From contig MHUW01000001.1 in assembly GCA_001823575.1 (NCBI GenBank), forward strand, positions 12,909 to 76,908: a stretch of DNA of 64,000 bases, read 5' to 3'. The translations under genes and the position numbers were made by a program. Positions 28,471-38,066 of this stretch are shown here, one piece after another. How positions within the stretch are numbered: position 1 is the stretch's first letter; every line of letters begins with the position of its first letter. The DNA comes from Candidatus Yonathbacteria bacterium RIFCSPLOWO2_01_FULL_47_33b (GTDB lineage: Bacteria > Patescibacteriota > Minisyncoccia > Phycocordibacterales > UBA1550). The notes beneath the pieces were generated by a model. That model was not told where the DNA came from and searched no databases. It worked only from the letters and a program-made list of their open reading frames with translations.

Positions 28471-31242
28471 ATGGCATTTTTTGGTTCTCGTAATGAAGAA
28501 ATGAAACCTGTCGCAGAAGATGTGGCGGGTAAGTTTGCATCCCCCCAGGAGGAGGTTGCGTATCTACGCGCGCAGATTGCGGAGCGCGAGCGCATCGTAG
28601 GAGCCGAGGGGCAGACCCTCGAGCGCCCCGTTGTTGCACAGGAAAAAGTTGCAGAATATCGCGCGCAGCCTGTCGCGCAGGTCCTTGCTCCTGAATATCA
28701 GCTCAAGGCACACGAGCTTGAGGAAGGGGTTTTGAAGATGGGGAAAGAGCACGAGGAGACGATAGATGAGCTTGTGCGCGTGATGATGGAGCGTGGTATC
28801 AAAAACGCCCTCGCTATTTTGGAAAAACTAAACGACCCCCACCTCGAGGATGATTTCCATCGCTTCTTGGTACAGTTTCTTCTTGACGAAAGCATGGCAG
28901 GCAGTGTTTCAAAAGAGCGTGTACTGTTCCGTGCGCTCCGTATGCGTTTGTATGAGATCACCCTTCCACCTATTGACTCAAAGGGCGAGTCGCGCAGTTT
29001 TGCAGACCTTGTAACAGGGATGGAGCAGCTGTATGCAGGCATGCTCTCCATAGAGAACCCGTCAGCCGGATGGCTTGATGTGAAAAACTATTTTACCCTC
29101 GAGCTTGCACTCTCCAACTTTTCAAGCGAGATTGTCTTTTATGCTTCGGTGCCCACCGAACGTGCTGATTTGTTCGAGAAACAGGTCCTTGCTGTGTATC
29201 CTGATGCGAAGCTTCGTGAGCATAAAGAGGACTACAATCCGTTTAACGAGAAAGGAGTAACGCTTGTTTCGGTTGCGGAACCTGTCGGGAGCACGGTGTT
29301 TCCCGTGAAGACCTTTGAAGCGTTCCAGCAAGACCCGCTCAACGTGCTTTTGGGAGCGTTTGGGAAGATGCTTCATGAAGGAGAGGGGGCGTCGGTGCAG
29401 TTTGTTGTCAAGCCTGCTGGCAAAGTATTCAATGAGCATTACAAGAGTATTCGTGAGGAGATTAAAAAAGGCACACCAGTGAAAAAAGCGCTTGAACACA
29501 CGGCGCTTCGCCTGACGACCGAGTTTGCTGCCGTAACCAAGGACATACTTTTTGGGGTTAAAAAGAAAGAGGACGCGCCAATCGACGAACATGCCGTGGA
29601 GGCTATTACCGAAAAGATTGCATCACCAATCGTTGATACAAATATTCGCATCGTTGTCTCGGCGGGTACTGAAGAACGTGCACGAGCAATCCTCACCGAG
29701 CTTGAAAGTGCGTTCAACCAGTTCACCAAGCCACAGGCAAACGGTATTGCGTGGAAGAGACCCGCAAAAAGCGATTTGATGCGCACTATCTATGAGTTTT
29801 CGTTCCGTATTTTTTCAGATAAATATAGTTTCCCTCTCAACCTCAAAGAGCTCACCACGATGTTTCATTTCCCTGTGTCAGCAACTACCGCAGCTGAACT
29901 CAAGGAGGCAAAGGCTGGCGTGGCACCAGCGCCGATGGAGATGGGGAACGAAGGTATTGTTTTGGGTAAAAATACCTACCATAACAAAGAAACATTGGTG
30001 CGAATGGGAAGAGAAGACCGCATGCGCCATACCTACGTCATTGGACAGACGGGTACTGGTAAGTCGCATATTTTGAAGACCATGATTATGCAGGACATCA
30101 TGAATGGTGACGGTGTCTGCTTTATCGATCCGCATGGAAACGACGTGCAGGATATTCTTGCGCTCATTCCTCCCGAGCGAGCGGACGATGTCATCTATTT
30201 TGATCCATCGAGCACTGAGCGCCCCATGGGTCTCAATATGCTTGAGTATGACCACAGCAAACCCGAGCAAAAGACCTTTGTGGTGAACGAGATGATGGGC
30301 ATTTTTAATCAGCTTTTTGATATGAAAGTGGGCGGTGGCGCAATGTTCGAGCAGTATTTCAAAAATGCCGCGTTCCTCCTGATGGAGGATACGAGCGAGC
30401 AGGCAACACTCCTCGAGATAACCCGCGTGCTTTCCGACAAAGCATTCCGTGATTTGAAGATTTCACGATGCAAAAATCCTATTATTGTGCAGTTTTGGGC
30501 GGCTGCCGAAAAGACGACCGGCGACCAAGGGTTGGCAAATTTCATTCCCTATATTTCGAGCAAATTCGACCCCTTTATTTCCAACGATATTATGCGCCCC
30601 GTTGTGCTGCAAAGGGAGTCATCGTTCAACTTTAGAAAGGTTATGGACGAAAAAAAGATTCTCCTCGTCAACTTGTCAAAAGGGCGTCTAGGCGACATCA
30701 ATGCAAACCTGATTGGCCTTGTGTTGGTAGGCAAGATTACTATGGCGGCGCTTTCGCGCGTAGATATGTTTGGCTCGGGACAAAAGCCCAACGATTTTTA
30801 TTTATACATCGACGAATTCCAAAATGTGACCACACCCTCAATTGCATCCATACTCTCCGAGGCGCGCAAGTATCGCTTGAGCTTGAACATCGCGCATCAA
30901 TACATCGCCCAACTCCCCGACAATATCAGAGATGCGGTGTTTGGTAATGTGGGTAACGTGGCAGTGTTCCGTGTCGGGCAAGAAGATGCAGAGTATTTGG
31001 AAAAGAAATTCCTTCCGACATTTTCCGCACAGGATATCGTGCGCCTCGATAACCGCAATGCTTACATAAGTATGTTGGTAAACGGACAGCCGACAAAACC
31101 ATTTAATATCGAGACGTTGCCGCTTGAGACGGGAAATCCCGCAATGGCAGAAAAGCTCAAACAACTCTCAGCGCTCAAGTACGGCCTCCCTCAAGAAGAA
31201 GTAAACGCCGAAATCTTTGCCCGCTATCGCCCGCAGGGGTAA
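28471..31242 (+). CDS. VirB4/TraG-D (HerA/FtsK-type) ATPase, coupling-protein-like
   Basis: RHTYVIGQTGTGKS, IDPHG, LYIDEFQN, SEARKY.L.L..AHQY..QL. Confidence 0.88.
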   Translation: MAFFGSRNEEMKPVAEDVAGKFASPQEEVAYLRAQIAERERIVGAEGQTLERPVVAQEKVAEYRAQPVAQVLAPEYQLKAHELEEGVLKMGKEHEETIDELVRVMMERGIKNALAILEKLNDPHLEDDFHRFLVQFLLDESMAGSVSKERVLFRALRMRLYEITLPPIDSKGESRSFADLVTGMEQLYAGMLSIENPSAGWLDVKNYFTLELALSNFSSEIVFYASVPTERADLFEKQVLAVYPDAKLREHKEDYNPFNEKGVTLVSVAEPVGSTVFPVKTFEAFQQDPLNVLLGAFGKMLHEGEGASVQFVVKPAGKVFNEHYKSIREEIKKGTPVKKALEHTALRLTTEFAAVTKDILFGVKKKEDAPIDEHAVEAITEKIASPIVDTNIRIVVSAGTEERARAILTELESAFNQFTKPQANGIAWKRPAKSDLMRTIYEFSFRIFSDKYSFPLNLKELTTMFHFPVSATTAAELKEAKAGVAPAPMEMGNEGIVLGKNTYHNKETLVRMGREDRMRHTYVIGQTGTGKSHILKTMIMQDIMNGDGVCFIDPHGNDVQDILALIPPERADDVIYFDPSSTERPMGLNMLEYDHSKPEQKTFVVNEMMGIFNQLFDMKVGGGAMFEQYFKNAAFLLMEDTSEQATLLEITRVLSDKAFRDLKISRCKNPIIVQFWAAAEKTTGDQGLANFIPYISSKFDPFISNDIMRPVVLQRESSFNFRKVMDEKKILLVNLSKGRLGDINANLIGLVLVGKITMAALSRVDMFGSGQKPNDFYLYIDEFQNVTTPSIASILSEARKYRLSLNIAHQYIAQLPDNIRDAVFGNVGNVAVFRVGQEDAEYLEKKFLPTFSAQDIVRLDNRNAYISMLVNGQPTKPFNIETLPLETGNPAMAEKLKQLSALKYGLPQEEVNAEIFARYRPQG

Positions 31243-31291
31243 AAAAAGGGGGCAACTTGACATATATATTAGATATATATAGGATATATAT

Positions 31292-31570
31292 ATGAATACA
31301 CAAGTAATTTTTAAGATGGATAAAAAGCTCAAGGAGCGTGCGATGAAAAAAGCACGCGCTGAGGGCATCCCTTTTTCTGCGGTTCTCACGCTTGCCACGA
31401 GGTCTTTTGTGGAGGGTGGTCTTGCCATTGAGGCGGTGCAGCGCCAAGTATTGAATGACAAGACACGCAAAATACTCGATAGTGCCCTCAAGAATATTAG
31501 ATTGGGTAAAAATCTCTCCCCGCAGTTTACCAACATGAAAGATATGGACGCATATCTCAATGCTCTTTAG
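31292..31570 (+). CDS. RHH-type antitoxin (RelB/DinJ-like)
   Basis: TQVIFKMDKKLK..A.KKA...GIP.S.VL; overlaps downstream toxin frame. Confidence 0.7.
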   Translation: MNTQVIFKMDKKLKERAMKKARAEGIPFSAVLTLATRSFVEGGLAIEAVQRQVLNDKTRKILDSALKNIRLGKNLSPQFTNMKDMDAYLNAL

Positions 31571-31832
31571 GAGGAAAAGTATTCTTCTACAGAAACATTT
31601 TGAGAAGAGGTACGCAAAACTTCCCAAGAAAATCAAAGATGCTTTTAAGGAACGGAGGAATCTTTTTCTTGAGAATATGTAGGATCCGATCCTTGACAAC
31701 CACCCTGTCGACAAAGCATATCCCGGCTGTCGCAGTATTGATATCACAGGAGACTATCGCGCGATATTTTTTGACGGGGACGAGGTAGTCACTTTTGTTG
31801 CCATTGGCACGCATGCGCAGTTGTATAAGTAA
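31560..31832 (+). pseudogene. YafQ/RelE-like toxin with in-frame TAG at 31680-31682
   Basis: Frame reads MLFRRK..KHFEKRYAKLP..FLENM*DPILDNHP..RSIDITGDYRAIF..IGTHAQLYK. Confidence 0.8.
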
Positions 31833-31852
31833 TGCATTGACCCGCATGCTAG

Positions 31853-31898
31853 GACTATAGACGTATAAAACCCTATAGTACATTATACGTCTATAGTC
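31853..31898. repeat. Inverted repeat, degenerate member of the CTATAGTA-centred family
   Basis: GACTATAGACGTATAA-aaccctatagtaca-TTATACGTCTATAGTC. Confidence 0.8.
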
Positions 31899-31954
31899 TG
31901 CAGTTGAGGATTTTTCATTGACTTTATTTCAGGGGGGGGCATAATAAGGACATT

Positions 31955-33214
31955 ATGGAAAAACAAAACTGGCAGGATGAGGCGATAAAAGATTCAGGCA
32001 TCAAGGTTCCCGAATGGGAATTGGAGGGAACGGGAACGGAACAAAAAGAGGCACAAGAAGGCGCTGTGGAAGAAATGCCCAGCGCTGCCGAGACGCGTAT
32101 GGCGGAGCTTGCTGCGGAGACACAGGCCGCAACACCTGAAAGCCTTGTAGAAAAGGCAGCGCAGACCGAGGCGCTCCGTGCTGAGATTGCCGAGATGGCG
32201 AAGCCGGAGCAGAAGCCTGCAGATGACCCAAGCCACAGGTATAATACTGTAACCGGTGAGCCGAACCCGAAATTCGCAGGAGTAAACACTCCCGAGCAAT
32301 CAGAGAAATTAAACGCATTGCATCAAACAAAAAGAGAAAGGAATCAGTCCGCCAACACATTTTTTGCAGAAGAAAGAAATAAAGACCGTACATGGTGGCA
32401 AAAGATTACCGGAAAAGGAAAGTTGTCTGCTGAGGATGTTGCGCACGAGCAGGCGTTGAAAATGAATATCAAAGTAGATAAAGAACAGGAGATGAATAGT
32501 CTCTTTGGTATATCACGCACGAATACAGAGGTCTCTACTGAGGCAGTAATGGAGGTAAATAAAGGGATTAAAGAAGAACTTGAAAAACTAGGTGTTAACC
32601 TCGAGGCACTCAAAGAGAATGGTTTCAAGTTTGACCAAGAAGTTTTAACTAAAGAGAAAGAACCTGCGCTCGGTGCTTTGCGTGAAAAAATGGGTGGTGC
32701 TATTACGAACATTTTTGACAAGCTCGCAAAAATAGATAAAGAACATGTTGTAGGGGTTTCTGTTGTTGTTGGGCTTGTGGCGGCAATGGTCCCTGTGTTA
32801 GGACTCCATGATTTACAGGGAGTTATTTCAATGTTACCAGACAGTGTGTCCAATTTTTTGCAAAGCCCTGAGTTGGCTGGTAATCCTCTATGGTCGACTA
32901 TTACCCCAGATGGAAATCTTTCGATGCCATCAGTTGAAAATTATATGCATCAGGTTGATGTGTTTAATGAAACCACCGGTGCAACTATTGCTGAATCTGG
33001 CATGGAAGGTAACCCTTTTGGCCAACCCGTAGACTTTCGAGACCCTAATATTCGTGCAAAATTTGTAGAAATCGCAAACTATGAGCAGGATCTACATAGG
33101 GTAGGGAGTGCATTTGCAAACCTTGCAACCATACCCGTGGTTATGGGGGCTGCTATACACGCTGGTAAAATCTTCGGCAAGATCGGAAAATACTTTATGG
33201 GAGAGAAGAAATAA
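31955..33214 (+). CDS. Hypothetical protein (acidic N-terminus, hydrophobic segments)
   Basis: 419-aa ORF; promoter TTGACT(31918)-16 incl. G8-CATAAT(31940). Confidence 0.7.
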   Translation: MEKQNWQDEAIKDSGIKVPEWELEGTGTEQKEAQEGAVEEMPSAAETRMAELAAETQAATPESLVEKAAQTEALRAEIAEMAKPEQKPADDPSHRYNTVTGEPNPKFAGVNTPEQSEKLNALHQTKRERNQSANTFFAEERNKDRTWWQKITGKGKLSAEDVAHEQALKMNIKVDKEQEMNSLFGISRTNTEVSTEAVMEVNKGIKEELEKLGVNLEALKENGFKFDQEVLTKEKEPALGALREKMGGAITNIFDKLAKIDKEHVVGVSVVVGLVAAMVPVLGLHDLQGVISMLPDSVSNFLQSPELAGNPLWSTITPDGNLSMPSVENYMHQVDVFNETTGATIAESGMEGNPFGQPVDFRDPNIRAKFVEIANYEQDLHRVGSAFANLATIPVVMGAAIHAGKIFGKIGKYFMGEKK

Positions 33215-33228
33215 TTTTAATACACACT

Positions 33229-33381
33229 ATGACACCAGAAGAAATTCAAAAAAAGATTGCGCAAGCTATGGAGAAGCTCTCACCAGAAGAGCAGCTGGAA
33301 CTTCTCAAGACGCTTAACGGGTCAATAGAAGATATGAACAAAGCCATCACGGAATACTTTACTGATACACAGAAAATGTAG
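33229..33381 (+). CDS. Small helical hypothetical protein (50 aa, absent from ORF track)
   Basis: MTPEEIQKKIAQAMEKLSPEEQLELLKTLNGSIEDMNKAITEYFTDTQKM. Confidence 0.6.
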   Translation: MTPEEIQKKIAQAMEKLSPEEQLELLKTLNGSIEDMNKAITEYFTDTQKM

Positions 33382-33463
33382 TTCTTGGGCACGATGGGAA
33401 AGTTGCCCGCACGCCCTTTTTCTGCTAAGATAGCCCAATCTTAACAGGTAATTATTGAATATT

Positions 33464-33940
33464 ATGGCACATCCAAAAGAGGAGCAGGTACTTATTATTG
33501 TAAAGCCAGACGCAATCCAGCGCGGGCTTTTGGGCGAGATTACCGGTCGTTTTGAGCGCAAAGGACTCAAAATCGTCGGTATGAAGATGATCAACCTCGA
33601 AGACGCACTTCTTGAGGCGCACTATGCGCACATTGCAGACAAGCCATTTTTCGTGGGAATTAAAGCATTTATGAAAGCATCACCCGTCGTGGTAATGGTG
33701 CTCTCGGGTATCAATGCGGTTTCAGCTACCCGTATCCTTGTTGGTCCTACGAAGGGATATGATGCAGACGCCGGAAGTATTCGCGGAGATCTTTCACTCT
33801 CGATTCAATCAAACGTGGTACACTCATCAGACTCAGTGGAGAACGGCAAAGCAGAAGTTGCTCGCTTCTTTAAGGCAGATGAAATTTTTGATTACAAGAA
33901 TTCAAATTTCGATTACGTGTACGCCGACGAGGCATTCTAA
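33464..33940 (+). CDS. ndk: Nucleoside diphosphate kinase
   Basis: KPDAIQRGL.GEI..RFE.KG, GSIRGD, NVVHSSDS. Confidence 0.96.
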   Translation: MAHPKEEQVLIIVKPDAIQRGLLGEITGRFERKGLKIVGMKMINLEDALLEAHYAHIADKPFFVGIKAFMKASPVVVMVLSGINAVSATRILVGPTKGYDADAGSIRGDLSLSIQSNVVHSSDSVENGKAEVARFFKADEIFDYKNSNFDYVYADEAF

Positions 33941-33964
33941 TTAAATAACTCATGTGCTGTATTA

Positions 33965-34130
33965 CAAAAACCTTGCCCCTACACTTTTTGGGGCATTGTT
34001 TTTTGTGAAGTCGTTAAAAATTTTGTGATAATAATTTAAATTCATAAACATCGGGTTTTTATCATGTTCCCAAAAACCAACTTCGCGATGCCCCAAAAGG
34101 TGGTGGGGCTTGCGTCGCTCAAGGTTTTTG
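33965..34130. mobile_element. MITE-like inverted-repeat element
   Basis: CAAAAACCTTG/CAAGGTTTTTG and CACTTTTTGGGGCAT/ATGCCCCAAAAGGTG arms. Confidence 0.5.
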
Positions 34131-34185
34131 TTTTGTGGTAAAAAACAATATTGCAAAAAAGAATACGAAGGTGTACAGTTAACGT

Positions 34186-34310
34186 AGGGTTATTTGAGAT
34201 ATTGACTCCTAAGTTATTGGCAAGGGAGCCTCATATTTTCATGCACCGTGGTGTGTGATTGCGGGCACCCACCTAGATTCTCTCTAGGGCCAATATCTAC
34301 AAATAGCTCT
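34186..34310 (+). ncRNA. Candidate structured ncRNA, 6S-like rod
   Basis: Promoter TTGCAA(34151)-17-TACAGT(34174); 5' AGGGTTATTTG-AGATATTG pairs with 3' CAATATCT-A-CAAATAGCTCT; central bubble; terminator follows. Confidence 0.6.
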
Positions 34311-34315
34311 AAGAA

Positions 34316-34818
34316 AAAAAACCCCTGCGCCTCTGCGTAGGGGTTTTTTCTATGACGATTTAGAATTTTTTGTTATACTGAGGTTGTGATTATTAATAAA
34401 TAAGTTTTTTAGAAAATTATGCTACAGGTAATATTGGTTATTTTTGGTATTTTGATTTTAATAAAAGGTAAACTGAAGGTTTCAGACACCAAGGTTATCT
34501 CGAGACCGCAATCGACTTACTGGGGGCTGGTCGTGCTCGCCTACGCAGTTGGTCTAAATTTCGTTCCTGAGACCTTGGTTTACGGCATAGTATTTTGGAT
34601 ATCTCTTTTGGTAGTCTCCATAACCTTTGTAGTCAAAGGAGAAACAATTGCAGGTGTGGACATTACAACTAAGCCAACGGAAACAAAAAGAAATGCGATG
34701 ATCTTACTAGGGTTTGTTGTAGTGCTTGTCGTCCTGTTCGTTTACGTCTGGAAGTTCTAGGTTCGTGCACAAGTAATTAGAAAAAACCCCTGCGCCTCTG
34801 CGTAGGGGTTTTTTCTAT
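34316..34818. repeat. Identical 38-bp terminator hairpin as a direct repeat (34316-34353, 34781-34818)
   Basis: AAAAAACCCCTGCGCCTCTGCGTAGGGGTTTTTTCTAT on both sides of ORF 34419-34760. Confidence 0.9.
34419..34760 (+). CDS. Small membrane protein
   Basis: About four hydrophobic segments, AT-rich. Confidence 0.7.
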   Translation: MLQVILVIFGILILIKGKLKVSDTKVISRPQSTYWGLVVLAYAVGLNFVPETLVYGIVFWISLLVVSITFVVKGETIAGVDITTKPTETKRNAMILLGFVVVLVVLFVYVWKF

Positions 34819-34825
34819 AAGCAAA

Positions 34826-34887
34826 GTATGCCACACCCATGTCGTATAATATACTATAGTATATTATACGACATGGGTGTGGCATAC
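34826..34887. repeat. 62-bp perfect palindrome centred on TACTATAGTA
   Basis: GTATGCCACACCCATGTCGTATAATATACTA|TAGTATATTATACGACATGGGTGTGGCATAC. Confidence 0.95.
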
Positions 34888-34914
34888 GTGGTCTAAATGC
34901 GATACAATAAACTT

Positions 34915-35319
34915 ATGCAGCCACGTCCGTTTCCGGCATTACTACTTGTTCTTCTTGTGGCGATTGCGATCGTCAATGCTTTTGCGGAATATTACCACTG
35001 GTACTGGCTTATGCGGTGGTTTGATATCCCGATGCATTTTGCGGGGGGCGCATGGGTTGCAGGGGTTACGCTGTGGTGGAGGTTCTTTTCAGGGAGGTTT
35101 ACTACGGCACCGCTCAACAAAAAGGCCATATTTGTATGGGCAATGATTGGTGCGATCGGCATAGGCCTCGCTTGGGAGGCATATGAGGCAATCATCTCCT
35201 GCCTTACCGTGGGGCGTATGAACGATGTGCTCGACACCATAGGGGACCTTATTTTTGATATCTTGGGCGGATTGGTGAGTGCGGTGACACTGTGGGTCTA
35301 TACATATAAGAAACAATAA
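34915..35319 (+). CDS. Membrane protein, VanZ/DUF2238-like
   Basis: WFDIPMHFAGG, G..WE..E, DTIGDL..D.LG. Confidence 0.7.
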   Translation: MQPRPFPALLLVLLVAIAIVNAFAEYYHWYWLMRWFDIPMHFAGGAWVAGVTLWWRFFSGRFTTAPLNKKAIFVWAMIGAIGIGLAWEAYEAIISCLTVGRMNDVLDTIGDLIFDILGGLVSAVTLWVYTYKKQ

Positions 35320-35330
35320 TTATTACAGCT

Positions 35331-36692
35331 ATGAGCACAATGAAACTTGGATTTTACGGCGCGGCAGGGGAGGTGACAGGTTCGAATCACATGCTCGAGG
35401 GTGCGGGTGCAAAGATCTTGATCGACTGTGGCTTCTTTCAGGGGGTGAAGGTCTGCGATGATAAAAATAATAACCCTTTTGCTTATGACCCCAAGACCGT
35501 CGATGCTTTGTTTGTAACCCACGCACACCTCGACCATATCGGCCGTATTCCAAAGCTCATCAACGAAGGATTTAAAGGCAAGATTTATTCTACACCACCC
35601 ACGCGCCAGATCGCACAACTTATGCTCGAAGACACCGTCCGTGTCATTGACCGAGAAGCAAAGGCAGACAATCACGAACCGCTCTACCACAAAGATGCCG
35701 TCGAACGTGCCATGGCGCAATGGGAAACATTGCCATACGAAAAAGATGTGGTCATTGGTGAACTCCATATCCGTTTCCGTGATGCAGGACATATTCTTGG
35801 TTCAGCGATGCTGGAGGTGGAGCACAATGGCAAAAAGCTTGTATACTCAGGAGATTTGGGGAACTCACCGTCACCCCTCATTGAAGACACGGCAATCCTT
35901 TCAGGTATCGATTATTTGATCATGGAGGCGGTCTACGGCGACCGTTTACACGAGGAAAAAAATGAGCGCACGCAACTTCTCGAGAAAGTGATTGAGGATA
36001 CGGTCAACAGTGGCGGTGTCCTTATGATTCCTGCATTTTCTATCGAACGTACCCAGGATCTCCTTTTTGAGTTGAATGGTCTGATTGAAGGGAAGCGTGT
36101 TCCCGAAATACCTGTTTTTGTTGATTCGCCACTCGCCATTAAAGTTACAGAAGTTTTCCGTGGTAGTCAGGAATATTTCAACAAGGAAACAACCGACGCC
36201 ATTAAAGGGGGAGACGATATTTTTAAGTTCCCCAAGCTACGCTTTACGTTGAACGCTGAAGACTCAATTGCCATTAAAGACGTACCAGCGCCCAAGATTA
36301 TCATTGCAGGGTCGGGTATGTCGAATGGCGGGCGCATCATGCATCATGAAAGACTCTACCTTTCGGACCCCAAGAACACCCTGCTTATTATTGGATACCA
36401 GGCAGTTGGCACGATGGGCCGTGCCCTACAAGAGGGTATTAAAACGGTGCGCATCTTTGATGAAGATATCCCTGTGCGTGCAAAGATTGTGACTATTCAA
36501 GGATATTCGGCACACAAAGACATGAACGCACTCATTGAGTTTGTGACAGTGCTGCAGGACTCAGTAAAAAAAGTTTTTGTCGTTCATGCCGAACCGGGAG
36601 CAGCACTCTTCTTTGCGCAGCGTTTACGCGACTACCTCGCGGTCGACGCACGCATACCAAAAGAGGGGGAGGTGATAGAGATAGATTTTTAA
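35331..36692 (+). CDS. MBL-fold beta-CASP ribonuclease
   Basis: GAAGEVTGS, THAHLDHIG, AGHILGS, YSGDLG, YSAH.D. Confidence 0.93.
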   Translation: MSTMKLGFYGAAGEVTGSNHMLEGAGAKILIDCGFFQGVKVCDDKNNNPFAYDPKTVDALFVTHAHLDHIGRIPKLINEGFKGKIYSTPPTRQIAQLMLEDTVRVIDREAKADNHEPLYHKDAVERAMAQWETLPYEKDVVIGELHIRFRDAGHILGSAMLEVEHNGKKLVYSGDLGNSPSPLIEDTAILSGIDYLIMEAVYGDRLHEEKNERTQLLEKVIEDTVNSGGVLMIPAFSIERTQDLLFELNGLIEGKRVPEIPVFVDSPLAIKVTEVFRGSQEYFNKETTDAIKGGDDIFKFPKLRFTLNAEDSIAIKDVPAPKIIIAGSGMSNGGRIMHHERLYLSDPKNTLLIIGYQAVGTMGRALQEGIKTVRIFDEDIPVRAKIVTIQGYSAHKDMNALIEFVTVLQDSVKKVFVVHAEPGAALFFAQRLRDYLAVDARIPKEGEVIEIDF

Positions 36693-36723
36693 CGAACAGA
36701 ACGATTAATTACAGAAATACCGT

Positions 36724-37374
36724 ATGGGAAATGACAAACATCAACATTTTAAAGTAAAGATCTGCATCTCGGGGGCCGCAGACACCACCCACTGTGGCGA
36801 CGGAGCCCTTGAGCAAGCAAAGGAGCTTGGTCGCGAAGTTGTGCGCCAGGGCGGCATCTTGGTTTCTGGCGCTACAACAGGATTCCCTTTGTGGGCAGCC
36901 ATGGGGGCAAAAGAAGAAGGAGGTATCTCTATCGGCCTTTCCCCTGCATCAAGCGAAAAGGAGCATGTGGAAGTCTATAAACTCCCCCTTGATTACCTTG
37001 ATATCATTATTTACACAGGGTTTGGGTACTCGGGACGCAACCTCCTTCTTACGCGCGCATCAGACGCGGTAATTGTCGGGTGTGGCCGTATTGGCACGGT
37101 GAATGAGTTTACGATTGCCTTTGAAGACCACAAGCCAATTGGTGTGCTCCGCGGACCTTGGGAGATGGACGAAGTCTTTGAAAATATGCTCGACAAGAGT
37201 CATCGCAAAGGCGAGGGCGTTGTTATTTTTGAAGAAAACCCCAAGCAGATAGTCGCGAGACTTATTGAGACGGTCCAGCGTACAAAAACATGCGACCTTG
37301 GTGAATCATGCCCCGCGTATGTGTACGAAAATTATGACGATGTTGGGGGGAAGGGAGGGGAGCGGGTGATGTAG
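36724..37374 (+). CDS. LOG/SLOG family protein (TIGR00725-like)
   Basis: LVSGATTG.P, TGFGYSGRN, G..GT.NE...A. Confidence 0.82.
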   Translation: MGNDKHQHFKVKICISGAADTTHCGDGALEQAKELGREVVRQGGILVSGATTGFPLWAAMGAKEEGGISIGLSPASSEKEHVEVYKLPLDYLDIIIYTGFGYSGRNLLLTRASDAVIVGCGRIGTVNEFTIAFEDHKPIGVLRGPWEMDEVFENMLDKSHRKGEGVVIFEENPKQIVARLIETVQRTKTCDLGESCPAYVYENYDDVGGKGGERVM

Positions 37375-37481
37375 TTGGCCACTAGTTATTAGCGAATAGC
37401 CGTTAGGGGAATGAAAGTAGGGAGTAACCTTTTGGTTACTCCCTACTTTTTATTATTGGCTCGTGGCCAACTAACTAATCC

Positions 37482-37829
37482 CTATCCCTTTACTTCATTT
37501 ACTACGTTTGCAAACGTTTCAGGGTTCTTCTCGGCAAGAAGGGCAAGAATCTTGCGGTCAAGAATAACATTGTTCTTCTTGAGAGCGTTGATAAACTTAG
37601 AATAAGAGAAGCCAAGCGGGCGGAGTGCGGCATTCATCTTTACGGTCCAAAGGCGGCGGAAGACGTTCTTCTTGTCGCGGCGGTGTGCAAATGCGTGATT
37701 ACCAGCGTGTGCAATAGCAACACCCGCTTCGATTTCTTTCTTGCTTCGTCCAAAGCGGTATCCCTTGACCTGCGCCAAGACATTGCGGCGGCGTTTTGCT
37801 GATGTTGTTCCTCGTTTTACTCGTGTCAT
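37482..37829 (-). CDS. rplT: 50S ribosomal protein L20
   Basis: MTRVKRG, KGYR..RS, FRRLW, LDRKILA. Confidence 0.97.
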   Translation of the reverse strand: MTRVKRGTTSAKRRRNVLAQVKGYRFGRSKKEIEAGVAIAHAGNHAFAHRRDKKNVFRRLWTVKMNAALRPLGFSYSKFINALKKNNVILDRKILALLAEKNPETFANVVNEVKG

Positions 37830-37833
37830 AGTA

Positions 37834-38025
37834 TTATTTCAAAAGTCCTGGTAAAAAACGCTGTGCTTCCTTGGAGGTCATTGCAAACTCGCCAAGGCGC
37901 TTGCCGGCGAGCTGTTTCGAGCGGGAAGCCTTCGCATTAAAGTGGTTCTGGCCTGGCTTGCGACCAAGAATCTTGCCTGTCTTGGTTACTTTAAGCCGTT
38001 TCGTAAATGATTTGTTCGTTTTCAT
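37834..38025 (-). CDS. rpmI: 50S ribosomal protein L35
   Basis: MKTNKS..KR.KVT.TGK, H...K; position. Confidence 0.93.
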   Translation of the reverse strand: MKTNKSFTKRLKVTKTGKILGRKPGQNHFNAKASRSKQLAGKRLGEFAMTSKEAQRFLPGLLK

Positions 38026-38066
38026 GTGGTTGATTTTTAGGGAGCAAGGCGACCATAAAAATCACC

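Noticed and set aside
34841-34872. loxP or dif recombination site (TCGTATAAT...ATTATACGA)
   Set aside because: Fully symmetric centre with the wrong spacer length and no tyrosine recombinase nearby; the resemblance is partial.
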